This document shows, one piece after another, positions 49,108 to 61,973 of a stretch of DNA of 64,000 nucleotides (positions are counted from its first letter, which is position 1; every line of letters begins with the position of its first letter). Source of the DNA: Mytilus edulis (taxonomy: Eukaryota). A program made the position numbers and the translations under genes. Where the stretch lies: the NCBI RefSeq assembly GCF_963676685.1, contig NC_092351.1:76074001-76138000 (forward strand). The letters are read 5' to 3'. The notes beneath the pieces were generated by a model. That model ran no database searches and was not told where the DNA came from. It saw only the letters and a list, made by a program, of their open reading frames with translations.

Positions 49108-49532
49108 CTGGAATAGAGATTTAAATTATTCATAGATAAATGTACTCAATTAATTATTTTCCATTACTGCAGGTGCTGAAGAGTTTTTTTTAAATAAGGT
49201 GACTTTGCATCTCAATTATTTTATTTTATTCTAATCATTTTAAAACAAAGTTCACAATTAATTTTTCAATTTATTTGAAAATACTTTTTCTGACATGTTG
49301 TTTTTGGGTTGTTTTTTTTTGGCTTTTTATTTGAAATGGCAAAGAAATGTTGAGTGTTTTAAATATAGAAAGTGATCTTTCATTTGGAGAATAGTGTATG
49401 AAGGGAAAATCTTTTTTAAAGTCTATGTTAAATTTATTCATTAACTTAACATGTTAATGTCATATGTTAAGGAGTCCCTAGAAGAGCTTGTTTTTCAATC
49501 TAGTTCTCAATCAGATATTACATCAAACTTAC

Positions 49533-49653
49533 AGGAAATCTAGCATTTAACGTCTGTAATTCTTGTTGTATGTTCAGTAACCTCTGACGTTCAGATTTCA
49601 GTTCATCTAACTCATCCATCTGTTCCTGCATCTTAGCTGCATAAAATGTATCT
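49533..49653 (-). CDS. PCM1: PCM1 exon
   Basis: DTFYAAKMQEQMDELDELKSERQRLLNIQQELQTL; phase 2/0. Confidence 0.92.
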
Positions 49654-49801
49654 CTGAAATGTTATATATTTGATTAAACTAAGGCAAAGCATATCTAATG
49701 TAAATTCAATCACTTCACTCCACTCCATGGCAATGATATTCTAATTTACAGATATGAAGAGAATTGATGAATGTAATTTTTGTTGATCCTGACTGTCTTA
49801 A

Positions 49802-49979
49802 GGGCTATTCCAGAAAAAAATGTATGGGGGGTTGGAAGGTACATTATATTAATATTACATGGGTGATGGGTATCAGAGCAACTTTTCACACTATAATTCT
49901 CAATTACAATTGTCTGAGTGGTGGGTGCTGACAAAAACTGCCTTTTAACCCCCCCATACATTTTTTCCCGGAATAGCCC
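49802..49979. mobile_element. PIF/Harbinger-type MITE
   Basis: taa|gggctattcc...ggaatagccc|taa. Confidence 0.82.
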
Positions 49980-50487
49980 TAAACTTAAAAGTGGATAATT
50001 CTGATTCTGAAATTCTGATAATTATTTGGCTGGCAGGGGCATAACAGTTCTAATAGTGAACATCCATAATATAGACTTGAATAATTGAGTGGTCAAATAA
50101 TGTTGATACATAAACGCATGAAAATTGTCAATTAATCTTTTAGATAAGCTCAGGATTTACCTGTCTCAATAACATAAAGTAATCAGCTCATTGGTTCATT
50201 CGAAAAAGAGAGCTCCAATCAAATTCCTGGAATTATTACATGTTTTTACTGTTTAAAGAGTTTGATCCCTTGCAAGTCCATCACAATGAGGGAATGACTT
50301 ATTCAAGGTAATCATAATATAATCTTCACAATAAACGACAAGCTCACCAGTCAAAGCTTGTAAAATAGCTTTCACACGTCTAAAATCTTTTGCCAACAGA
50401 ATCAAACTAATTTTTTTGTATAACTGAAGTTCAGACTGTGGATTTAAAAGTTTGTAAAGACTGATATGAAACACTATTTGCCCTTAC

Positions 50488-50694
50488 CTTTCTTCCTCCT
50501 GATCATTTGCTATTTCTCCCTCACTGAGTTCTGTCCCTTTGTCCATCACCTCTGCATACTCCCCGTCATCTAGACTTCCTGCCAGCTCCATTAAGTTATC
50601 TGGTAACGACAGCTGGGCAGCGTCAGGAGAATGTTGTACCATGGACACCAGATCTTGTAACTGTTTTAGTTTGTCTTTTGCTGCCTTTAATTTC
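50488..50694 (-). CDS. PCM1: PCM1 exon
   Basis: KLKAAKDKLKQLQDLVSMVQ...; phase 2/2. Confidence 0.93.
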
Positions 50695-51312
50695 CTACAA
50701 TATAGAGACAATAATGGATGTTCAAATATCTATTTGGTAGGGGTATAGGAAGCAATATAATTTCATAAAGATGGTTGCCTTTTCCTCAGAATTTTTGGAA
50801 GAATATTAAAATGTTTGATGTCTACAAAATGAACCTACCTACCACCTCTCTGTGTTTAATTCTAGAACAGCTGTAAGAATGCTTAACAGTGACAAACGTA
50901 AGTTTTTACCGATCTTGACTGGCTATACAGACCTTGCAAGGTCGGCCAATATGCATAATAATGGATTTATTTGGTTTCATATCATTTGGGTTGCTGTCTA
51001 ATTGAGTTCATTTTACATCTTCTTTATTTATATTCATAGTTAAAACTGTCATTGCAATAATATGTAAGTAGGGAATTTTGTGTTAAAGGCTTACTTCAGA
51101 AAGTCTCTGTAAAATTTGAAAATAGCTTTCTAATAATTTGGGGAGACTTGTAGGTCGACTTTATTTATGAACCAGTCTGATTTAGAACACTAAATATGCC
51201 TTTTATTTTTAGTGTTGTTTGAATGTTGTCTCCTTGACAGAAACCTTCATAATCTACTAGTATAATGAATATTTCAAAGATGCAGATATGTCCATTTGTT
51301 TCCTATACATAC

Positions 51313-51471
51313 TTGACTTTCTCCTGTATTTCTGGGTCATCGCCCCAGGGACCAAGACTAGAGAGATGAGATTCTGTCCCCTCCTCAGCAGAGCTACTTT
51401 CAGATTCATTATCATCATCAGATCTTGTCTCCACAGCACGTCCAGCACGAATTATTTCTACTGGTACCTCA
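51313..51471 (-). CDS. PCM1: PCM1 exon
   Basis: EVPVEIIRAG...SLGPWGDDPEIQEKV; phase 2/2. Confidence 0.9.
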
Positions 51472-51696
51472 CTGAAATTAAATACAGTAATTAAATCTCC
51501 ACACCATATCCAGAGTAAACCATACAAAAGTACAAAAATAAGTGTAAGAGTAGAATTGAAAAATGTCAGCAGTCATTTATGATGCTGCTGTGAAATGTAA
51601 AAACATATATTATCTAGAAACTGTTTTAAAAATTATACTGACAAGAGCTGTTTCATGATTTTCAAAACATTTCAATCTTTTAATTTCTTGACTCAC

Positions 51697-51852
51697 GTTA
51701 ACTGTTCATTGTTGACAGGTATTGACCCTTGCTCTAGACGACCTTGATAAGCCGCTCTCTCATCATTTTCATTCCCATCTTCCTCAGCTGTCTGGTAGTA
51801 CGACATCAATGATTTCAGCTGATTCAATCTCTCTTTCACCTCTTTCAATTTC
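51697..51852 (-). CDS. PCM1: PCM1 exon
   Basis: KLKEVKERLNQLKSLMSYYQT; phase 2/2. Confidence 0.92.
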
Positions 51853-51942
51853 CTGAAGAAAAGTCAAGTTACGATATCATTATTTTAGTGTTGATACTCA
51901 AAGATGATCAATATGATATAAATAAAGATAAAAAAATTCTTA

Positions 51943-52133
51943 GGGCTATTCCAGAAAAAAATGTATGGGGGGGGGTTGGAAGGCAGTTTTTGTCAGCACC
52001 CGCCACCCAGACAATTGTAATTGAGAATTATAGTGCATTATAGTGTGAAAAGTTGCTCTGATACCCATCACCCATGTATTATTGATATAATGTGCCTTCC
52101 AACCCCCCCATACATTTTTTTCTGGAATAGCCC
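51943..52133. mobile_element. PIF/Harbinger-type MITE, inverted relative to 49802
   Basis: tta|gggctattccagaaaaaa...ttctggaatagccc|tta. Confidence 0.82.
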
Positions 52134-52580
52134 TTATTCAAATCTGTGTAAAACTTTATTTATAGCAATTGATTAACATCCACAATCTAATACTTCTTTT
52201 CACTCCTACCTTATGAAGAAATATTGTCACTTTCTATAATAACAACACATATCTAGGAGACTATAGCTACAAATTCATGTTTTTTTTTTTCTTTCCTTAG
52301 ATTAATATAAACACAAATTGCTGTACTGCAATACTTCCACAATTTCCACAAGAACTTCAAACTTAAATGTTAAAGATGGAATTGCTGCCCGTTATTACTT
52401 TAGATTAGCAAAATATTGTATTCTTCTTGAAAGAACATTGACCCCACATCATTTAATTGAAATTTTGAAATGCAAATTACAGTCTACATGATCAAGATTT
52501 TGAAAGAAAAAAAAACGATAAAAAACAAGACCAGAATAGGTCTGAAACTTTATTTTCAATTTAATTTGATGTGTCCTTAC

Positions 52581-52716
52581 CTAAATTTTTCTTCAGCCTC
52601 CAACATTTTGAGGACATCTTCAGCATCATGTTCAGTGGCTTCAGCATGTTGTGATGCAGCTTCAGAGGAAGATATTTTCATCTGGGAGTTTGTTCTAGGT
52701 ACAGCTGCACTGGTAC
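52581..52716 (-). CDS. PCM1: PCM1 exon
   Basis: TSAAVPRTNSQ...VLKMLEAEEKF; phase 1/2. Confidence 0.88.
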
Positions 52717-53129
52717 CTTAAATAGGAAATCAAAACTTAAAACAGGGTCTAATATAAACAATCATCCAATGGCATATCTGGGCCATTATATGGAAATTAC
52801 ACAGCTTATGACTGTAGTTTCCTGGTCAGCAAAATCGAAACAAAATGTATTCAAATATATTAAGCTAATGTCACTGCTTACTTATTTATTTCATCAAAAT
52901 AAGTGTCAAAGAACTTGTTAAATGACAAATTGTAGATGCCAAATTTCAGGTAAAGTAATATCTATAGTAATCCAGAACCTGACTCAGTGAAAACATGATA
53001 TTTTCAAGATTGTGACCCAAAAAATAAATCAAAACACATTTCTAACAGTTTTAGAAATTACAAGAACAAATAAAAAATATCAAAGGAATATTCAAATAAG
53101 TTCAGATAAGATAATAATAATACTTCATT

Positions 53130-53407
53130 AACAAGAATGTGTCCTCAGTACACGAATGCCCCACTCGCACCATCATTTTCCATGTTCAGTGGACCGTGAA
53201 ATTGGGGTAAAAACTTTAATTTGGCATTAAAATTAGAAAGATCATATCATAGGGAACATGTGTACTAAGTGTGAAGTCGATTGGACTTCAACTTCATCAA
53301 AAACTACCTTGACCAAAAACTTTAACCTGGAGCGGGACAGACGGACGAACGGACGCACAGACCAGAAAACATAATGCCCCTCTACTATCGTAGGTGGGGC
53401 ATAAAAA
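53130..53407. mobile_element. HINE-like element
   Basis: Near-identical to 37919-38220. Confidence 0.75.
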
Positions 53408-53694
53408 TATACAAATACTTTTTAGCAATTTTCTGTCTTAGATACAGAATATAACAAAGACATTCCATACACAAGTATTAGTGAATTTTCTTGTTTCAGA
53501 TAAATTTATTCTATGTGAACATTTCACTGTTTCAATACATTGAAAAATCCCATAAAACATGAATTTTAAACACAGGCAAAGTTAAAACTATCCAAAAGGA
53601 AAATAATTTAACAAAACTTAATGCAAAAACAACCCATATGGCCATATATACAGTATAACAATCTAAATCAGCTGCCCTCAATTTAAGTACTTAC

Positions 53695-53911
53695 TATTAT
53701 TATCCTGTAGTCCATTGTTCATGATATCTTCTACCCTTTCCGATCGTAGGATTTGTAACTCCTGTAGTAATTGATCCATCTTCTGTTTTTTCTCGTGTAA
53801 CTCCTCTAGTTTGTTCTGTAACTGTGAACGATTGTCATCTAATGCAGCTGCAGCTTCATTGGCCGCAGCTTCTACAGCGGGATTACTCTGTCGAGTCCTA
53901 TCGTCTTTTTT
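53695..53911 (-). CDS. PCM1: PCM1 exon
   Basis: QLQNKLEELHEKKQKMDQLLQELQILR; phase 0/1. Confidence 0.93.
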
Positions 53912-54138
53912 CTAAAAAGAAAATCACTTAAATTTATATAATTGGTTAAATATTAATGGCTTAAATATTCATTGAGTTACAAGAATGTACATTTTCTTCA
54001 ATGTTAAGACTAAATAAACAATCATCAGTACTGCAGTCTTATATGATTTTTCTTAAATCTGCAAGAGTGAATTTTTCTTGTGTGTTAATACCCAATAAAT
54101 TTTATTGAACGTTACTGTCTACAAAACTTATGATTTAA

Positions 54139-54474
54139 GGTGGTACCAAAAACCTTCGCATAAATTAATTTGGCTCGTTTAATTTTCACAAAATTTTGAC
54201 AAAATGTTCACTTTGACTATATGACAAAAATATATAAGAATTTCAAAAAACTTTATCCGTTATCGGTAAATTTTCGTTGGACAAATAGCAGTTTGACCAA
54301 CACCAATTTTGAGAAGCTTAATATTTCCAAAACAATAGAATGTTATTAAGAGGTTCAGTTGATTTTTACAGAGTTATCTCCCTGTAGTGTTATCTACCAC
54401 CTGACAGAGTTATCTCCCTGTAGTGTTATCTACCACCTCACAGAGTTATCTCCCTGTAGTGTTATCTACCACCT
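54139..54474. mobile_element. GGTGGTACC MITE with triplicated 36-bp end
   Basis: acagagttatctccctgtagtgttatctaccacct occurs three times. Confidence 0.72.
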
Positions 54475-54713
54475 GAATTCAATCTTTAATCTGTTGTTTC
54501 TACCTCACTGACACCCATCAAATTTCATAAAATGCTTCTTGCGGAATCCTGACCACACATTTTGAATAATGGAACAGCCCTAAGTGTTAACTGTTACCAT
54601 TTACATTGTCTATATTGATATTGAACACTGGTTATACTGTATGCCCTCTTTTTTGTTGATTGCTTAAAATATATGTAAACCAAAACCGCTAAAAATTAAT
54701 ACATTATTCATAC

Positions 54714-54895
54714 TTCCACTTTTCTAGAACCAGCACTGACTGTCTCCTTCAGCTCGTTCCTCAGTAGGTTAAAATGTTGTCTAATGTCCTGTAGAGAACT
54801 AGGTGTACCATCAGACTCCATGTTGGCAAAAATATTGTCAGCAGCTGGCCGATTCTGACGTTGAGGCTGCTGTCCTCCTAGACTGTTCATGGAGG
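54714..54895 (-). CDS. PCM1: PCM1 exon
   Basis: SMNSLGGQQPQ...LQDIRQHFNLLRNEL...KVE; phase 1/0. Confidence 0.88.
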
Positions 54896-55588
54896 CTGTT
54901 AATAAAGGGTTAGAGATTATTCAAATTTTGAATGGTAAAATTAACATACCCAGAACTTACTTTATCTTTGCAAGCAGCAAGAAAACAAAGCAAACAAGCT
55001 GTTCCTGAGAGCCTGGGTGGCTCACCTGGAATTTTTTGCACAGATCTTGAATCAATGATTTTTTTGCTGTTTAATGTATATTAATGCATGTTTATATGTG
55101 CCATTTATCATGGTTTCTGCCACTACTTTTAAATTGAGTAAAATCATCTTTTGTAAAATAATGGGCAATAACTCTTTTTAAAAGGATATAGGTGAAAAGA
55201 CAAGTTTAGTTATTTGTCTTATATGTAGGTCCTACTAGCTAAACATATGACTCATGAATATTTACTCTCTATATCTATCATAGTTTGTGTACAAAACTTT
55301 TTGTTATACAAGTCATCTTTCAAGGGCAATAACTCTTTACACTTATTAGTAGATCTTACTTTGCTGAAATTTTTCCTGTTTGCTTTTTCTATAATTGCTT
55401 ACAAGATAATAACAGAAAACAGGGAAATTTCATAATAAAAACTCCAAATGGAATTGTCTGATTAATCTGAAAGATATCTATCAAATACATCTTGACCTGT
55501 TGATCTTTTGACACCCCTCCTCATCACTTTTTCCCCAAAACTTTTTAAAAAAATAATGTGTCACCAAGAGTAATAAAATTATCTTCAC

Positions 55589-55688
55589 CTTCTCTCCTAC
55601 CTTCATACGCTCTAGCTTCATTAAGTTTGGCTTCAGCATCTTTCTGCAGAGCTATCAAAGATCTTTGTCTTTCCTTTAATGCTGTCAT
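55589..55688 (-). CDS. PCM1: PCM1 exon (alternative donor possible at 55601)
   Basis: MTALKERQRSLIALQKDAEAKL; phase 0/1. Confidence 0.88.
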
Positions 55689-56411
55689 CTGTAAATATAA
55701 AGATAACTCTTATATAACTTATTTCATTATCTCCCTTGGTTTGATTTGTATTGGACTGATATTGTCACTGATAATCTATCTTAATAATAGATTATTCTAA
55801 TATCATAAATAAAGATAATTGAAAAAAAGTTGCACTGATTCAAGGTTTAATATAAATATGAATCTTCAATTTATTTTGGTGATGGTTCTTTTATATCAAG
55901 TATTGCCAACCAAACGAAACTTTTCCACAGACTTATCTCCTATTGGTCAATCTATCTTAACTTTTTTAAGTTCTAGTGGCTCATTGAATAAATACAATAG
56001 CTATTGTTTTCTGTGTGGTTTAATCACTGGTGAAATCCATTAATCAAATAATCCAAATTCTAATGCAATATCTTTGAAGCCTTCATTTTGATTGGAAACC
56101 TCACCAATTTTCATGACATCAATTATGGTTATGAAAATGTATGTGCAAGATTTTTAATGTATGATTTGATGTTAGTTTTCTGTCAGTTTTCAATAGAATG
56201 GAGACAAATATATTGTATTTAAAGCTCAAACGACATCAATTGGTAATTTGATGGTTGCAAATAGTTGGTTCTGGCACCACTAAGAGTGTTGCCTGTAAAC
56301 TTAATTTGGGACCATCAAATCACCAATTAATGCTGTTAGAGATTAAAATACAGTTATCTCCTTAATACATTGCAACACCAAGGCAAATTGATATTTCTTG
56401 TTATCTCTCAC

Positions 56412-56507
56412 TTGTTCTTTCTGTTGTAATAGTTTCTGGAGTAATTCTTGTTGCTGTCGCAGTGCCATTAAATCACCTTCTGGATCACCCTCATCAACAT
56501 CATTATC
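56412..56507 (-). CDS. PCM1: PCM1 exon
   Basis: DLMALRQQQELLQKLLQQKEQ; phase 0/0. Confidence 0.9.
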
Positions 56508-57518
56508 CTTTTAAGTAGAGTAAATATTTATATGAAATAAGGTTTAGGTGACCAAAGTTGTACTGCTAATTATATAACTAGATGAACAAGAAGTCAGAAA
56601 AACTATATTAATACTTTTCATTGCATCATTACAAACTAGCTAGTCTTTGTAACCATTAATCACCAGCAGGAATTTACTGTTTTCATGACTTGTCAATTAA
56701 TAATTGATCACTAATGAAAATAAGCTTGCCTTAATATAAATAGCATACTCGAATCTTTAACCTTCTAACTTATTCCTAAAAGAATAAGTTTTAGACATAT
56801 CAAGCAAATATTGAACATTGTGAAGACCACAACATTATTTCTGCTAGTTTCAACAAGTGTTTAAACCTAATTTAAACAGATAAAATAAACAGAAATAAAT
56901 AAAACCACAAAACATATACAACAAAATACATTAAAGAAAAAACAAAAGCAGTTTATCATAAAACATTGACAGATTTGCAGCATATAATTAATTGAGCTTG
57001 TTTAGTTTATTCACAACAAACAATTTCAGTATTAACCAGTACCACAAGTTTAATAAATTCCATATAGAGGTGTTCCTATTCACGTCAGGCTGAGACACAG
57101 AAGAAGAATTAATGACTTAATCCTCTGGAATATTCCATTGTTTTTATAATTTTATGAGTAAAGGAAAAAGTTGTTATATTATTTGTAAATGGCCTTCTCA
57201 CTTTCTCCCCTTCATCCGATCAATGCATCAATAAAGAGAAAAAACAACTTATTCTTAATACAATGTTTTAGATTGTTTTATTGCCATTGAAGAAAAAACA
57301 AACTTCTTGTTAAATTATAGCAGTATGTTAAAGTAAATCCTATACACTTAACATATCCTACAAAGACACTATCTATATCAAACTTTTCAAAAATACCACT
57401 CATTTAGTACGCCAGACAAATATTTCATCAACTTTACTCATCAGTGGTGCTTGAATAAGTTGGACTACCTTAACCTATAACCCTATCCAATTTGCATATA
57501 CTAATAGTATTTGGTGGG

Positions 57519-58430
57519 CAGGGGTGTGGAAATGCTATGCCCGACTCGCCCGACTCGTACATTTGAACAACCGGACAAGTAATTATTTTTGTCTTGGTTG
57601 CCCGTTGACAAGTAAAAAAATATACAAGACAAAGTTCAAATCCAACAAAAACATAAAATTAATTTCAAAATGTATAAAAATGTTTAATTCATGTAAAATA
57701 AAACAATGTTCAGCAAGTGAAAACATCAATGTTCATGACGATAAATATTACATGATACTGGTAATAGATCAATTACCAAAATAAATAAAAATAGGTAGGC
57801 GAACCAGAGTCGCGTAACATTGCATTGGCTTTGTCATTTACTGGAAGTGTCATTTCTTTAAATTTTGTATCGAGATTCAGATTGATAAATTAAGTTTTTG
57901 TCTTATCTATAGATGAAAGGTCAACATTATTTGTTGTCAAACTGACAAATGGAAGGGACGCTTTAATTGCACATCAAGACAATAAATAAATAATCAAGAA
58001 AAAACAAGTGTCAGTTGAGAGAAACACCACAAAATCAATAGTTAATCTATTATTTAGTTTACATTTCTTCAATCACTGTCCTCAAATTAATTATAATCAT
58101 TATGTACCTACTGGCTACAATTGTTATTCCAAAACTGCTGCAAAATTGTTCTTTACATGTCATTTCATTGGTTGGTTTGCTGTTAGGTTTCTGTCCCATT
58201 GATGTTAACCCATTTCCTACTTTTCTAAATTTTTTACACATATAAACAAATGGATTTCATTTGTTTGTGATGCACAATAGTGCTAAGTAAGAATCATATA
58301 TTAGCTAACAAGAAATACTTCAATATTTATTGGGATCATCAGGGCAAGTAAAAAAATTTCCGGACAAGTTAAATTTTTAGTTTTACTTGCCCAGGGACAA
58401 GTGCTCATAACAAATATTTCCACACCCCTG
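57519..58430. mobile_element. Non-autonomous DNA transposon with CAGGGGTGTGGAAAT TIRs
   Basis: 15-bp perfect TIR; GTGGG on both flanks; subterminal ggacaagt repeats. Confidence 0.78.
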
Positions 58431-58441
58431 GTGGGTCATAC

Positions 58442-58576
58442 CTGGTCATAGTTTCGACTTGGTATTAGTGTTCTGTCATTAGAGAATGGAGAAGTGCCGT
58501 CATCTAAATCCTCGTCTTCAGACATACCAAGTTTATCTTCAATTCTTGGCCGAGATGATGCACTAGGACTGCGCTC
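58442..58576 (-). CDS. PCM1: PCM1 exon
   Basis: ERSPSASSRPRIEDKLG...RNYDQ; phase 0/0. Confidence 0.85.
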
Positions 58577-59146
58577 CTTAAAAGGAAACTCATCCATGTA
58601 CATACAAGAGCTCTTTTCATACCTCTTTTTGTAAGAGTTACATTCTTAGAACAAGTATTTCAATGCAGATTCTAATATAGTGTAATGCAAATTTTAGTCA
58701 ATTGAAAAAATTTCTATTCAATTTGAGTTCATCAATAAGAAATTTTTTTGTTAAAAAGATACTTTGCAGAATTTATTCATCGAAATACTTGCCCACAAGA
58801 ACAGTAACTCTTGCAAAACTAAGCAAAGGGGAAGATTGTTACAGAAAAGAACAGAGGGAAATTTACCTATTTTCATAAATATTTTTTTGTTTGTGAAATG
58901 TATCATTTTATCTATGTACTCATGATTCCCTACTGCTAGGAAATGACCATTGTAAAATTTTGATTGGTTTAGTGAGAAATTTGTATAAAGTTTCATAATC
59001 AACAAAATGAGGGAAAAGTCAAGACTAAACTGATAGCAGAATATAAAATTCAGTAAACTACATTCTTTTTAAAAAGATAACCATTTATGGCAATATCAAT
59101 TTGGCCAATGAATTTTTTCCAATATTAACTTATATAAAGTTAACTT

Positions 59147-59326
59147 GTTGAGAAATGCACGGTGTGAACTTTTTTATTAAAAGGGTTTATCTATAAAAAC
59201 ATCAGACAGGAAATGGTTGATTGACTGAATATTTCAGTTGAGAAATGCATAGTGTGTACTTTTTTATTAAAAGGGTTTATCTATAAAAACATCAGACAGG
59301 AAATGGTTGATTGATTGAATATTTCA
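59147..59326. repeat. Tandem duplication, 2 x 90 bp
   Basis: gttgagaaatgca...gaatatttca occurs twice. Confidence 0.85.
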
Positions 59327-59879
59327 TAATATAAAATGCTAGTTGATTTTTAGTTGTTGAATTTGGTAACTACAGTATTTTTTTATTCCCGTAATCACAA
59401 TCAGAGATTACAATATTAAGCACAATAAAAAAAGATATAAAGAGTAATATGTTAAAGTAATTATTCCATTACAACATTTTTTCATAAATTTTAATTTATT
59501 ATTTTGTTGTCTAAAGAATTTTATATTTTTAATTTTTAATATCCGAGACAAATTCAATAATTTCTATTTCGATCCAAACATTTTTTCAAAGATTATATTT
59601 AAGGTTTAAATTTTTTCAAATGTAAATAATTTACATGTATGTTGTAATGGAACTAAATATAAGTCAAAAACCAAACAAATCAAAGAGAACATTTAAAAAT
59701 TAAAATGATTAGTGCAAAACACAAATTATCAAACTGCAGCAGTCATAGAACCACTATCATCTTGAAAACCAACAGAGTTCAATCAAGACAAATATTGAGC
59801 CAGAACAGTAATCAAACCATTTGTTCTTCATGTCCCTCCCCCATCCAAAACAAATCCTCCTCCAAGAGTTAGAACTTAC

Positions 59880-59999
59880 TGTAGCTGTTTCGTCAGACTC
59901 TGATTTAACATCTATGTCAACAGACTGTCTGTCCTCTGCTGAATCAGGGCAGGGCACATCATCTCTACCGTCCACAGCAGTATTTTCTACCTTCATTGT
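59880..59999 (-). CDS. PCM1: PCM1 exon
   Basis: TMKVENTAVDG...QSVDIDVKSESDETAT; phase 0/0. Confidence 0.88.
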
Positions 60000-60917
60000 C
60001 TGAAATAAAACAACTCATTAATACTTTAAGTACGTTTTTATAAACTGAGTGTCACTGTAAATTCCTAATGTACTTAATGCAATTCAGCTGATTGAGAAAA
60101 AAAAAATGTTTAAACCGAAACAGACGCTAATAAATGTGCATGTCTTGGCTCATAATCTCTTCTTGTTCATTGTTAATATACATTTATTTTTTTTATTTTT
60201 ATTTTTTTTTTGGGGGGGGGGTGGTGAGGGTTGTCCATTCAAAAACTTAATGTATGTGATGATAACAAATATTTGTAAGTTTGTAACTTTTATATTATTT
60301 CAATACTTTATAGAATACCCATGAAATATTTGCTCAAAAATGACAACTCAAATAATTACATATGTTTAAAAAAAAATTACCTTTTTTAACATGGAAAAAA
60401 GTTTATTTTTTAATGAAGAACTCCACCTTTGAATTTCAGTGTCAATAATAGGAAATACCTTATGCTATTCAAATGGGCATGTTAAAATGATATTTCATGC
60501 AGTATGTACATTTTGTAATCTAATAAGAAGAATAAATCTAAATATGCATAATTATAGGAGTGTGCAGGTTAATTTACTATTGTCAAAACCTTCAATGAAT
60601 CAATCAAGAAACATATATCAGCAATAAAATTTACTGTTTTTTTAGTATGATTGTCATATTGATTCTATTTTAAATGGAAGTGGTCTCCAAGCCTGTATTT
60701 TACTGAGCTCACAACTACAGATGAAGCAATGGAGGAAAATCACGACTTCTTCAAACAATGAGCTACTAGGCCCTTGCACTTTCCATCCCTATTATACATA
60801 AATGTAGGATAAAATCCTAAAAGACAAGCCTTCTGTGTACTCACCAGGAATATGAATAGATATATGAGTGTGTATACAAAGGAACTAGGCTAAATTCCTG
60901 CTGGAAAACCTACTTAC

Positions 60918-61013
60918 CAAGGCCTGCTGAAGAAGGCCCAAATAACTATTTTCTTGTTCTTGAAGGCTATCTGCAAGTTTTCTTAATTTTCCTAGGTCCT
61001 CCCTATGAGCTTG
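60918..61013 (-). CDS. PCM1: PCM1 exon, copy B of duplicated pair
   Basis: QAHREDLGKLRKLADSLQEQENSYLGLLQQAL; phase 0/0. Confidence 0.88.
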
Positions 61014-61120
61014 CTGTAGTAAGGAAAACAAAATTCACAAATCATGCTAACACCTTAAACCAAGGATTACATTGTAAAATTTGTCAGTATGGCTCCTCAG
61101 AAACACAATGTCATATACTT

Positions 61121-61281
61121 CATAGGCGGATCCAGGGGGGGCCCTGGGGGGCCCCGGCCCCCCCTTTCGCGGGGAAAATTTGGTTGATTATATAGGGGAT
61201 CACTGAAGCATGACTGGAGCGGGCCCCCCCTTAGGTCAGTCAGCGGGCCCCCCCTTATGAAAAGTTCTGGATCCACCACTG
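61121..61281. mobile_element. GC-rich MITE
   Basis: Same family as 28960-29103. Confidence 0.72.
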
Positions 61282-61422
61282 TCCTTGTACTGATTATCAG
61301 GTTTTTATGATAGTACTGTAAACTATTTCTTGCAAGTCTTTGTGGCAAGTGAATACAACAAACAAGCTGAACAAATACTGAATGAGCATTAAAGAGTATC
61401 AGCTTATGAAATCTTTGGCTGA

Positions 61423-61670
61423 GGCCATAAAAAAGAATAGATTTGTTTGCCCAAACGCTACATACCCAGAAAAAAGCTGCCTACTCAAAATCTTTTATTG
61501 TCCTGATTTGAAGAAGTTTTTTTTTAATCAGATAGGCATGAAAACTAATAAACACCCGATACTTCAATTTCTCTTTTTCAAAAAAAAAAAAAGAAAATGC
61601 CTACCTACCTACCCACTGTCTCAACCTTTGGGTAGGGTTTGGGCAAACCAAAATGTTTTTAATTGTGGCC
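61423..61670. mobile_element. PIF/Harbinger-type MITE
   Basis: tga|ggcca...tggcc|tga with internal tttgccc/gggcaaa. Confidence 0.65.
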
Positions 61671-61973
61671 TGAGGCAAGAGAAAATATGCATGGTACAAA
61701 TGATAGTATTTCTGAGGACCACACTGACAATTTCTACATATAACCATGTAATTTAATGCTGGAATTTGAACATACAAATGTCCGAATTCTTGATCTATGC
61801 AGGGAGGTATTTTAGAGTGATTCACCCACAATCACAAGCCTTCACTGTGAAAAACCACCAGCAAGAGTGATTTTTCACCAAGTCACTTTGTTTGAACTTT
61901 TTGGTATCACTTGTTCAAATTCCAGCATAAAACTTCTATTACAGTAAATAATATATTAAAACGCATCACTAAC

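Noticed and set aside
23156-60003. Plus-strand ORFs such as 23156, 25941, 27330, 38763, 50539, 52470, 55558 and 59821
   Set aside because: Antisense shadows of PCM1 exons.
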